Assembly: GCA_964016885.1 (NCBI GenBank)
Contig: OZ024742.1
Span: forward strand, 58,156,001 to 58,220,000
Origin: Eledone cirrhosa
Taxonomy: Eukaryota
Length of the DNA: 64,000 bases
Reading direction: 5' to 3'
The translations under genes and the position numbers were made by a program. Below the pieces are notes generated by a model. The model saw only the letters and a program-made list of their open reading frames with translations. It was not told the DNA's origin and ran no database searches. This document shows positions 13,601 to 25,438 of the stretch, in pieces; positions within the stretch are counted from its first letter, which is position 1, and each line of letters begins with the position of its first letter.

Positions 13601-16600
13601 ACCATACGTGTGTAACTTCGCAGAGAAGTTTCCGTTATTTTATGTAAGAAAAAAACGTGAGTTTTCAGTTAAATTTTATATTATTGTGTAACTTGACCCC
13701 CCGTCTGGACCTTCAGGTGGTGGGTCAACTCATATTCGTTTGATAAATTTTTTCTCCATCGAATTTTGGAAAAAATATCGTAAGAAGTTTGATTACGTTA
13801 TGAACGCTGCGTTCGACGATAATGGTGGTGGAGAGTCGGTAAGACTACAGAACTCGCAGTCAACATCGTCTTCTTCCCTTTCCTTCTCCATAGATACTGA
13901 GATGGAAAGACGAAATGAAATTGTAAAAACAAATTCATATCCAAACAACACAAATGACACCAAACAGTTCAATGACAACAAAAATAACAACAACAACACC
14001 AATAATGATGATAAAAACAACAATGACAACAACAAAGAAAAAATAAAGACAACACCAATAACACCAGCATCAAAGACAACAACAACACCAACACCAACAC
14101 CAAGGAAAATACGAATAATATCAACATCAGTGACAAGAATAACAGCAATAATGACAACACCACCAACACGGATAATTCCACAAAGAAACCATAAAATCTC
14201 CTTTGCGCAGACAGTTCAGAAAAAGGAGGAACTGACATATCTCGACATAACAAATGCCGAACAACTTTTAAAGGGTGAAGAAAAGTTAGTCAGATGGGCT
14301 GAACATTTCAAGGAAGTCCTCAACCGACCATAGCCACGTGTGCCAGCAGACACTAAGGAACCTACTAGTTTGTTGCCTATCAATACTGATGACTTCACCG
14401 AGAAGGAAGCCCGCATGGCCATCAAAACCCTTAAGAATAACAAGTCACCAGGTATGGATGGCATTTCTGCTGAAATGCTGAAGTCAGGAGGCGAAAGCAT
14501 GGTCAAGTGGATGGGCCACTTATGTAATCTTGTGTGGAACACGGGTGAAGTCCCAGAAGATTGGAGGAACAGAGCGGTTGTCTGTATCCCCAAGAAGGGC
14601 AACCTTGCCGATTGTGACAACTGGAGGGGAGTGACACTTCTCTCCATACCAGGGAAGGTTTATTGTCTGATGATCCTGAACCGCATACGTGGCATGGTAG
14701 ACCGGGAACTGCGAGAACAACAGGCAGGGTTCCGACCAAAGCGTTCCTGTGCAGAGCAGATCTTTACGTTACGCCGCATCATTGAGAGGTACAACGAATT
14801 CCAGAGGCCCCTCGCCGTCAGCTTCATCGATTTCTCCAAAGCATTCGATAGCATTCATCGGCCGTCACTCTGGAGCATCATGCATGAGTATGGTCTGCCC
14901 CAGAAAGTCATTTTGGCAATCAAACAGATTTATGCAAACTCCAAGTGCTGCATACGGACAGAGGATGGTTACAGTGACTGGTTTGAGGTGGTTACTGGTG
15001 TGCGTCAAGGTTGCTCGCTCTCTCCAATTCTCTTTGCCATAGCCATTGACTGGGTACTAAGAAGAGCGTCTAAAGACCAGGGTATATCTTGGGTGGGAGA
15101 GCAAAAGTTGTCTGACCTGGACTTTGCGGACGATATTGTTGCACTTGCAGAGAGCACAGCTGACCTGCAAATCATAATGAACAATATCAATGTCGAAGCA
15201 GGAGGCTTAGGTCTCAATATCAGTGCTAAGAAGACCAAAAGCATGTTACCTGGGACACACCCATCACCAACTAGTGTTTTCATTGAACAGGGGGAGGTGG
15301 AGATAGTGGACAACTTCACCTACCTAGGAAGCTCCATTGACAGTGAATTGCAATGTAGAATGGGAAAGGCTTCAGCAGCATTTAACCAGCTTGTCAAGAT
15401 CTGGAAGAGCAGGAAGTTCACCCTCAAAACAAAGATGAGATTCTACAACAGCAACGTGCTGTCCATACTCTTGTACGGAAGTGAAACATGGCACCTTAAG
15501 ACCAGCCAAGAGAAGAAGTTGGACGCATTCAATTCCAGGTGTCTGCGAAAAATCCTGGGGATTAAATGGAGCGACCATGTAACAAACCAGGAAGTCAGGA
15601 ACCGCACCAACCAGCAGCTAGTCTCTTCTGCCATCTGCAAGCGACGCCTGGGCTGGTTTGGGCACGCTTTGAGACTTCCCCCGGAGAGACTGGCGAACCA
15701 AGTACTTAAATGGAACCCACAGGGAAGCAGACGGAGAGGGCGACCCAAAATGAACTGGCGCCAGACAGTTGAGAGGGACCTGCGAGCGGAGCGACAAACA
15801 GACAATGGCGGGACGCTGTGCAACTGGCTGCTGACCGAATGTGGTGGAACACTATGATTGCCTCATGCGTCGCAAGACGCAGGAGAGTCTGAGTCTGAGA
15901 GGAGATATGTCACTTTCGAAAAAAATGGTGCTTTCAGCATCAATTCTCCGGTAGAAATTCGCAAGGAAACTGCTCTCAAAACGATAGTTTTTAGGACAGT
16001 TTCCAATTCTACCCGAAAACCAGTCCAATTGTCACAGAAAGAAATTGAACTGGTTTTCAAAAATTCAATGAATGATATTTCATTCATTCAAAGCAAACTC
16101 TTTGGGAGTATTTCGGTACTCATGAAGGATCAATTGACGGCCCAAAATTACTCTGTGTCGCCAATTGTATCCAACCTGTATACCTTTTTCCCTACATACA
16201 TTGGAAAAAGGACACAAAAGATTAAAATCACGAGTGTCACACCAAAGGTGAACATATGGTGGATACTGTGCGGCTTCATCAATTTTGATGAAGACAGAAT
16301 ACTGTCAGTAGGAAAGTCCCCCAGAGATGTATTCAATGGGACTAGCGTTGAAGTTCTGGTGCAAATGAGCCCAGAGAGAATAGCTATGATGCCACAACGT
16401 GTACTCCTGGAGCGACTCACCTACATAAACTTTTCAGTTGAGGGTAGGCGGCCATCATGTTACCATTGCTTTAGCAGGGGTCACCTGAGGGCTTCCTGTC
16501 CTAAATTAATGAGTCAAAAAAAAGGCTCTTCTGCCGACACCCATCAAAACAACACAACCACCAACACCAGCACAACAACAACAACACCAACACACAAAAA

Positions 16601-19600
16601 TAACCACAACAAACACAGTCCCACCCAACCCCACTCCACCTAAAACCACTGCAAAATCACATACAGACACAACAGCTCTCCAAGACATACCCCTCCCCAA
16701 TCACACAGACGATACAACAGATGAGGCTATCTCGCCATCACCCCGTGAAGACGAGGGAGAACCCCATCGCTCGAAAAGAAAGAAAAGACATCACAAAAGC
16801 AAAAAACCAGCAAACACTACCACAAAGATACAACCACCAACACAAACAAAACCCCCACCTCCTGAAAACAAAATACCTACAACAAAACGAAAGCACACAC
16901 AAGAACTACAGACAAAAACAAACACAACACAAGAAAATTACACTTACACTTACATAAACACTGAAAACAAAACACTAAAAGAGACCATCACGAACCCTTC
17001 GGTGAAAACCGAAGGGAAAATTTTCGCGCACTCTATTAAAAATAACAAAAAACTGAACCTAAAACTGATTAGGGTACCTATACAAACTTATAGGTCCCTA
17101 AAAGAAACATTTGAAAAGGATGTGGGGAATTCCTGCGTGAAACCACTTAACCGCGTCCTTCTCAAATGTCTCCCCCACCCCAGACACCCTCATCCCACCA
17201 GACCCCACCCCACTAAACATCTCCGTCCCCACCCTGCTGGAAACCACCACCCACCCAGACAGCCCCTCCAACACTCCCATGGAAATCGTGCAGCCTGGTC
17301 CCCAGGAGACAAAGGGCAAGTGATCTCTTTTCCTCTTTTAACTTTTCGATCCCAACATGGCCAATATAAGAGTTGGATGTGTGAACGTACGCGGCCTGGG
17401 GAAACCCTGGAAACAGGGCAAACTCTTAAACGACCTCAGGTCGCACAGTATGGATGTGGTAGCCATTTGCGAGTCCAGGATCCACAGCGAGCGACAGCTG
17501 GCCCCCATCTTCGATGACTTTAAGATCTACGCATCTCTCTGTCAAGCGGGAGGTGGCGGCGGAGTTGCCGTTTTGCTGCGGAAACACCTGGGCCTTGTAA
17601 CACAGACGGTACATCTGGACCCGGAGGGTCGACTGGTGGTCCTAGACGTTGACGGTAGTGAAGGTGGAGCCTTCAGGCTGGTGGCCGCATATGCCCCATC
17701 CGGGACACCGCAGCCAGACTTCTTCAAACATCTAGAGACTTTTCTGGGAACGTCCCGCTCCTTGCTTTTAGTGGGGGACTGGAATGGAATCCTAGATGCA
17801 CGTTGGGACTATGTGGGAGCATGCTCCGATAAAGGGGGGTGTAACAGCCTCAAACAGTTAATCGACCAATTTGACCTGGCCGATAGATATCGACTAGATT
17901 TTCCGACTGTGCCACTGTGGACGTGGACTAATCGCAGCGGAACATCTAGATCGTACCTAGATAGGGTTATAGTTAGAAATAAGGATAGGGACATGTTAAG
18001 CTGTCCACAAATGTTCATGGTTGCCTATTCAGATCACGAACTAGTGACCTGATAGAACCCATAGACAAGGACCCGGCTACTGGAAGCTGTACTTGTCGTT
18101 ACCGACAAGCAAAGCCTACAGTAGACGGATTAGCACTTTAGTTAAACAGCACTTGAAGGGGCCATTGTCAACAACAGATGGTGGTACTCTCTCAAGAGGG
18201 CAGTTAGATTAGACTCGTTAGTTTTTAGTAAAGAATTAGTGTTAGATAGAAATAGAACCGAGAAGAAACTGGTAGATAAAGTAGAAGAGGCAATTAGAAG
18301 TGGCAACGTAGCCAGCGTGCTAGCGACGAGAACGGCCTTGGACTAGTTCTTCGACGCAAAGCACGAGGGCTGCGTTGTCAGAAGCAAAATACGTGCTCTG
18401 GGAAACGAGGGAGCCAAAGCTGTTAACTGGGCCCGAGTGACGGAGGCAAAAAGTGGCAACAAGTCCACGATTCGGTCTTTGAAGGACCAAAACGGACGCG
18501 TGATACGTGAGCCGAAGCAGATGTGTGCGGCCTTTCAGCGACACTTTTCTTAACTGTTCGGGCTCAACTGTACTACCGCTTGACCGTAGTGCCTTGTCCA
18601 GCCAAAACGCTCGCCAAAATGGAGTGCGCGTTCTTCCAATTCCTTTGGAAGAGGCGGGCTCCTTTGGTGAGAAGATCCATCTGCTGCCAACACCCTTCTA
18701 ACGGAGGGCTGGGGATGCCGTGGTTGACGATGCGCAAACACGCGCTCAGGCTGCGGCATCTCTACGTATTCCTCACCGGACAACCAGTGTGGGCCCCGTT
18801 CGTGAGGCCAGCCTTCCCACGACTCATCTCGCTGACCGAGCTGCAGTCCTGGGTCAAGCAAAGACCGAGGAAAATGGACGACTGGCACATCGAATGTGCT
18901 CAGGCGCTCACAGCCCTCTGGCAGGCGGACCCAGCGATCAGTGGAGACTCCACTTCGTCATTCTATAGAGGGTTGATCCGCAGCAAGTGCGACGACGGGC
19001 TCGGTGAAACTCTAGGCGTAGAGGAAGATGAACTGGCCAGTCTGTTCGGTAGGACCTTCCGCCCAGGACCGATGGACAACTTCCAAAAGTCCCTGGCCTG
19101 GCAGTGCTACCGAGGAGCTCTACCAGTTCGAGACAAGCTCTACAGACATGGGCGCCCGGGCAGGGACCCTGCAAAAAAGATCTGTCCGAGGTGCGTGCGT
19201 AACGAAGAAACCGTCGCGTACGCATTCATACACTGCCCGGGCGTCACTGTCCTGTGGGGCTATGTAGAACGACTATTGTCGTGGGTGACCACCGAGTCCA
19301 TTGTCATGATCAAACCGCCACCCTCCAAAAACGAAGGAGAGGCGGTTTTCCTTTGTGTGATAGCTATGGCGAAAGAGGTTGTATGGTGGACAAGGTTGAA
19401 AGAGCTGAGGTCAGACACCTTTCTCTCCGGCCAACAACTGATTCTTTTTTTCAAATACCACTTTGGAAGAAGAATCAGGATGGAGAGAGAGGTGCTGTAC
19501 CCCAGCAAGTTTTATGAAAGGTGGGTGAAAGTGGCGAGAATGGCCCGAGTGAATGGGCCTTCTCTCTATATCAGCCTGTAGGTTGAGGAAAAGGAGGAGG

Positions 19601-19834
19601 AGAGGAAAGGAGTACAAACTCTTCGTACTCCTGGAGATGAGGGTTGCACATTTTTTCGGGGGTATGTGTTACCCATATGAATTGTCTCCCCCTATTGGGG
19701 AAAATCGACTAATTTTTTAAATTGCATTTGTGATAACATTTTACACGTTTTTATTGTATGTAAACTTCTCCCTTTGTATTTGTGCCCTTCTTTTGTGCCC
19801 CTGTGGCTAATAAAGAAACATATATATATATATA
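13601..19834 (+). mobile_element. Tx1-clade LINE, copy D (ORF1 interrupted by an RTE; RT deleted at ~18565)
   Basis: ORF1 13800-14273 resumes at 15900 (knuckle CYHCFSRGHLRASC). EN 17357-18052, C-terminal ORF 18523-19581, AATAAA plus (TA)n tail. Confidence 0.92.
14274..15899 (+). mobile_element. 5'-truncated RTE-clade LINE nested in ORF1 of Tx1 copy D
   Basis: 505-aa RT ORF 14340-15857 (CDNWRGVTLLS, QQAGFR, FIDFSKAFDS, GVRQGC, LDFADD, RRRGRPK). 3' hairpin followed by a (GAGTCT)n tail. Host ORF1 resumes on the right. Confidence 0.9.
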
Positions 19835-20457
19835 CCTTCCAGCCCTTTTAAAGTCAAGCACTCTTCAGTCAATAGGATTTTAAACCAATACTGAACATGG
19901 ATAAATACCCTTTGGATTACTCTATCAAGAATATCTCAACACCTTCTATATATATATTTTTTTTGCATTTCTTGAGGAGACTTTCCAAATATTTCGCTAT
20001 GTTTTATATTGCCTTGTCCGACGAACGAATGAGGACGTTTTTTTCGTATTCGTCTTATTCTGGAAACCTCTGGTAATGAGGTAATTATATTGTATTGTTT
20101 ATTATACATTAAATTTTGCTCTGGTACTTACATAGAGCACTCTTCACTCCTATGACTTTTTCAATTTTAAACGGAAACTTCAATACTTATACAGCTCCCA
20201 AGGGAATGATCGCAGCATATTCTACATTTTTATGAGATTGGCACCTTCCAGCCCTTTTAAAGTCGAGCACTCTTCAGTCAATAGGATTTTAAACCAATAC
20301 TGAACATGGATAAATACCCTTTGGATTACTCTATCAAGAATATCCCAACACCTTCTATATATATATATTTTTTTGCATTTCTTGAGGAGACTTTCCAAAT
20401 ATTTCACTATGTTATTCGGGAAACCTCTGGTAATGAGGTAATTATATTGTATTGTTC

Positions 20458-20462
<5 letters not shown>
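19835..20462 (+). repeat. Two tandem Penelope pseudo-LTR remnants (19835-20105 and ~20244-20462)
   Basis: Direct repeat encoding the PLE-type start MDKYPLDYSIKNIPTPS. The first copy carries a hammerhead motif that is deleted in the second. Confidence 0.7.
20008..20085 (+). ncRNA. Type I hammerhead ribozyme motif (core CUGANGA mutated to CCGACGA)
   Basis: Stem I attgccttgt/atgaggtaat, stem II gaatgaggacg/cgtcttattc, then GAAACC-tct-GGUA. Confidence 0.7.
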
Positions 20463-20495
<33 letters not shown>

Positions 20496-20498
<3 letters not shown>

Positions 20499-20779
20499 GA
20501 GGCACATGGCTCAGACCGGGTGATGTGTTGTTTCCTTGAGCAAGACACTTTATTTCACATTGCTCCAGTTTACTCAGCTGTAGAAATGAGATGATAGGGA
20601 CTGGGTCCATATCATTCTACTGCAAAGTGGTCATGGAGGTGCCACGGCAAAAGAGCACCTAGCACTCACTGTAAATGAGGTTGGTGTTAGGAAGGGCATC
20701 CAGCTGTAGAAATCAAGCCAGAATCAGTTCCCGTCCCACCCTTGCAAGCAGGGAAAAGCGGATGTAAAATGATGATGAT
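20496..20779 (+). mobile_element. tRNA-derived SINE with RTE-derived 3' tail
   Basis: A-box-like GGCACATGGCTCAG and central ccttgagcaagacac motif. The 3' part is nearly identical to the 3'UTR of the RTE LINE at 44188-44445. (GAT)n tail, preceded by a (TA)n run. Confidence 0.75.
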
Positions 20780-22800
20780 AACATTGTGAAAAAACTGAAA
20801 CTGTCTGATAGAACCAAGCCTTTAACCCCTTGTAGCCCCACATTTAACCTAAAAGATCACACATATAATTTCGAAACAGACCCTACAATTAGACTGATAT
20901 GACCATCGAAATCAGATATAGGTAGAATTAGCAAGTATATACTAGATAGGGTAATAGCGCAGATCAAAGACAAACTAGAAATTAAGCAATCGATTGGTTT
21001 AACGGAATAGACAATAAGGAAACATTCAGCTTCATACATTTCGACATTAACGACTATTATTCATCCATCTCCCCAGTCATGCTAAATAAGGCGCTTGATT
21101 TTGCCCGGAAAAAATCAGACATAATCTCGGATGAAATTAGAATAATACCAGCTGCTAGGAGAACTATCATTAGGGAACGAAGAAACAGATAGAATCGCTT
21201 TGATATTACAATGGGGTCTAGCAACAGCACAAGTGACATACTAGGAGTATATATAGCACATAACATGCATAAAGAATTTAGTAACCTCCAAGGATTTGTT
21301 TATAGACGACGATACGTTCCTTCTGGCTAAAAACATGAACAATCAAAGCATGGAAAGGTTACGGAAAACATAATGGTTTTCTTCAGTGGACTAGGCCTAG
21401 GTATCACTTTCGAGCTAAATTCTAAAAAAGCGAACTTCCTAGATGTAACACTCAACTTAAACACAGGACTAATAGAGCCATTCTATAAGAATAATGAGAA
21501 TCTAACCTACATTAGTGATAACTCCAACCATCTTTGCTCCGTAATTAATTTGATAGCTCACAGTATATCTCTCAGAATATGCCACCTATCTTCGTATCTA
21601 GAAATAGTCAACGAACACGCAAACTACTATAACATCGCTTTACGTAAGGCAGGTCACAAGAATATATATAAACAAGTGTTTATATATATTCAATTCATAT
21701 ATATAAACACCAACAGATCAAGATCCCAGGCCATCTCAAACCACAAATCGAACTATGACAAGGAACCAGCACATAGGAAGGCCTCCATATGTAACTGCCA
21801 CCTACCGGATAAATACCCACTACAGAATAGATGCCTAGAGTCAAGTATAGTATACCTGAGCACTATCAAGTCTGGCAACCTAGCATGGCACTCCATAGGT
21901 TCTACGGCTGGCTACTTCATCAGGAAAAGACGTGTATCAACACTCCATAAAAAAACAAAAACTCGGTAATACAACAACGCTGGCCAATAAAATCTGGCAG
22001 CATAGGACATCAATCAGGAATATGAGATTAGCTGGTCGAAGTTATCGAATGCAAGGGCCTACAGAAATGGAATGTCTCACTGCGGACTCTGCAATATGGA
22101 GCTGCTCCATATTCTGCAATATAACAAAATGCTGCTCAATAGCAAGATTGAGCGAACAATTTTATGTAGGCACAAAGCCGCCACTAAATTCTCCAACTAC
22201 AAACTGCGACAAGCATAATTCGATCCAGCGATCTCACTATCCAGTCAAAACCACCCGGATTAAAATGTCTACTACACCGACGCCAACAGACCAACTTTAC
22301 ACCTCCTCACTATTATCAACTGTCAGTTGACCAATTGGATATTAAATCAATCTCGGCAATCCCTCAACTTTTTTATAGACACATCCTCTCACGCATAACG
22401 TTTCCATCAATCCTCACCCCATTAAGATAAAACATTCAAATTACCCCAACCATAATCATCCATATGTTATCATTATCTCTTTTACTTTTTATTCTCTATT
22501 TATCTATTTATTGTTTTCTGATTTTTACTTTTATTTTCTTATTTTCAACTCCTTATTCTTTATTTTTATCTCCTATTCTTCATCTTTTACTTTTTATTTT
22601 TTATCTTTTATTATTTTTTATCACTTTTTATTTCGCTAATTCATGAATTTAATCCACTATATTAGAATGGCGCCAATACACCAGTTTACGACTGACCAGT
22701 ATTTCGCCTACCACATCTCTTCTTCCCTAACTGTTTTCAGTAATGTACTGGGTAATTGCTGGCCTTGTGCCAAAAGTAGAAACAATTATTGTAACTGTCA
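20780..22800 (+). mobile_element. Penelope-like element (RT + GIY-YIG), decayed
   Basis: FDINDYYSSISP..LNKALDF, ITMGS, YR-DD and NFLDVTLNLNTG motifs, then CNC..CPLQNRCLESSIVY..IGST. Same family as 32520-35475. Confidence 0.85.
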
Positions 22801-22839
22801 TTATCATTATTATGTTGTGCTGAATCTCTCGAGACGGTT

Positions 22840-25438
22840 GTAACTACGGCGGAGTAAGTCAGTTAAATATTATGAATTTATCGAAAGTTCTATATAGTAA
22901 TTTTTACATTGGCGTGTAGTTAAAGAACCCCTCTTTCAAAGGAGGTGGGGTTTTTTAACTGTATCTCGCGTCCTTAAGGGCTGAATTTGTATTTATTTAC
23001 AATAGTAACCCCAATTTTTGTTTAAAAAACAAACATGGCGGACAAAAAAAATTGTCCACGGAGAGGAACAGCGGGTTGTTCGGAGAGTAGAACAGCTGAT
23101 TCCATCCAATCACATGGCAAAGGCAAAAACAACAGAAACGACAGTGACAGTGGTGGTGACAACAGCAGCAGCAGCCACTGGAACAGTAACAGCAGTAGTG
23201 CAAATTACAACAAAAACTTCCCTCAATTAGAAAATCACCGCCCAATAACAACAGCAACAGCCATAAAGAACCCAAGGAGCAACAACTATAACAGCAGCAA
23301 CACAGAGGGAAAAAAACCCAACAAAAACACCAACGACGGCAACAACAACAACAAAGAAAAAACTAGTGATGAGTCAGCACAGCAAATCAAAACAAACACA
23401 TCTTTCGCTAAAGCCACAAAAAATATTGAACAGGTACACATCACCAATGAGGAAATAAAACAAGCGAAGATCTTGGTTAAAAAGACCGGACACAGGGTAA
23501 GTCTCATCCGCCCAGCGGATATAAAAAACAAGCTTTTGTGTTCAGTCAGTTATCGCACAATCGGAACAAAATTTTGTCGAGTCAAACGGGCAACGGAGTC
23601 ACAAGTCCCAAGAGCTATGGCTGCCGTCTGGGCACAGAAAACATACATAGCCCGTGGATTGAGGTATGGCACAGTGCATGTGCTCTTCGCTACACCAGAA
23701 GAAGCCAGAGCACACTTCACTGCGGCCAGAGAGTCGTGAGGGTTCAAGTGGCCCAGGTTTCGCCCTCAGTGGAGATGGCATGGTTGACGGCGGCCGTCCT
23801 CGCTGACATTGAGGATTCAACAACTATACTCAACATCATGCGAATAAAACAGGAGAATTGGACAGGGTCAGGGATGGAGCTAACCATCCAAGTAGACCAT
23901 GAGAGCATCGAGGCCATCCCCAATGTAATAGACGTGGACGACGGCAGCCATCTACCCGTGACTGTCGAGGGTAGGTGCCCAAGGTGTCATGGATGCGGTG
24001 AGAAGACGCACCTTAAGGCCTTCTGCCCCAAACTCACCAAAACGGGCACGCGCCCATCCCTTCTCCTTCTGTGCCCCGCGACTGGAGTGGACAAACAAAC
24101 CAAGACCTCAGTGGCAGAAGAGAAATCACTATCCCCAACAACAAAAGTACCATCTCTTCCACCACCCACAGAACCAATGGAAAGCATGCCCCTTCCCGAT
24201 ATTGCTAAATCGGACAAGGAGTGCGATGAGGCTGAAGAATGGAAAACTATCCTAGCAAAAAAAAAAGGAAGAACTCCCTACCTTCGTCGTAAAAAAGAGA
24301 AAGAGGAAGAAAGAACTACCCCAAAAAAAGAAAATGAAAACGACCCCACCTCCTCCACCACCATCAACAGCCACACCAACATCACAGAAACAAACTACAT
24401 ACAGTACACATCTCCAAGCCGTCCCGGATTTGGGGTGGAGTGGCCGTGTTGTTCTGGAGAAGTCTGGATCTAGAGATACGGGCCGTCTTCTTGGACCCAG
24501 AAGGTAAGTTGGTGGTGCTGGACATGACCAGCAGAGAAGGGCAAGCTTTCAGGCTAGTGGGCGTCGATGCCCCGACAGGGGCAGGACAGCCTGACTTCTT
24601 GCAGCGACAGGAGACTTTTCTTGGAACAGCCTGCTCTTTAGTGTTAGTGGGTGACTGGAACGGGATCTTAGATGCACACTGGGACTGTGTGGGATTAACG
24701 GATAGGGGAGGAGAGTGTAAAAGCCTCACAAACCTGCTCAGACGTTTTCAACTGTCTGACAGGTACCATCTGGATTTCCCAAATGTGCCAATGTGGACAT
24801 GGACAAACCACATCGGGTTATCCAGATCATATCTAGATAGGGTATTTTGTAGGAAAATAGATAGGTCTAGCATAGGCTGTCCACAATTCAAGATAGTCGA
24901 CTACACGGACCACAAATTCATCTGTGTGGTTGACTTAGATAGGCTTCATAGACAAGGACCCAGCTACTGGAAACTAAACGCGTTAACAGCGCACAAAGCT
25001 TACAAATTAGTTAAGTGGGCGTTGACAGAGGCCATCGTCTACAACAAATGGTGGTTTGCCTTGAAAAGAGCAATTAGAATAGAGTCCATTAGGTTTAGTA
25101 AAGCGATAGTATCAGAGAAAAATAGAGCAGAAGGAAATCTAGTTAGCAAATTAGACGAGGCGCTTAGTAAAGGTATCGCAACCGACGTGCTTGCGGTGAA
25201 ATTGGCTCTCGACCAATTTTTCAACGCTAAGCACGAAGGCTGCATTGTCAGAGCTAGGGTGCGTGCTCTCAGACACGAGGGGATGAAAGCCGTTCAATGA
25301 GATCGGGTGGCGGAGGCGCTTTGTGGCAACAAATCAACGATCTGGTCTTTGACGGACCACGACACATGCATGATACTCGATCACGGGCAGATGTGTGCGG
25401 TTTTTCAGCAGCACTTTGTTCAGCTGTTCGGGGGCACC
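22840..25438 (+). mobile_element. Tx1-clade LINE copy E (divergent subfamily; ORF1 + EN, truncated before RT)
   Basis: ORF1 23035-24410 with knuckle CHGCGEKTHLKAFC. EN 24440-25300 (VGDWN, SYLDR, TDH, YWKLN). Confidence 0.88.

Noticed and set aside
22690-22797. Possible hammerhead (GAAACAAT-T-ATTGTA-ACTG) at the 3' end of a PLE
   Set aside because: Stem III and the cleavage triplet are present, but no convincing CUGANGA core could be placed.
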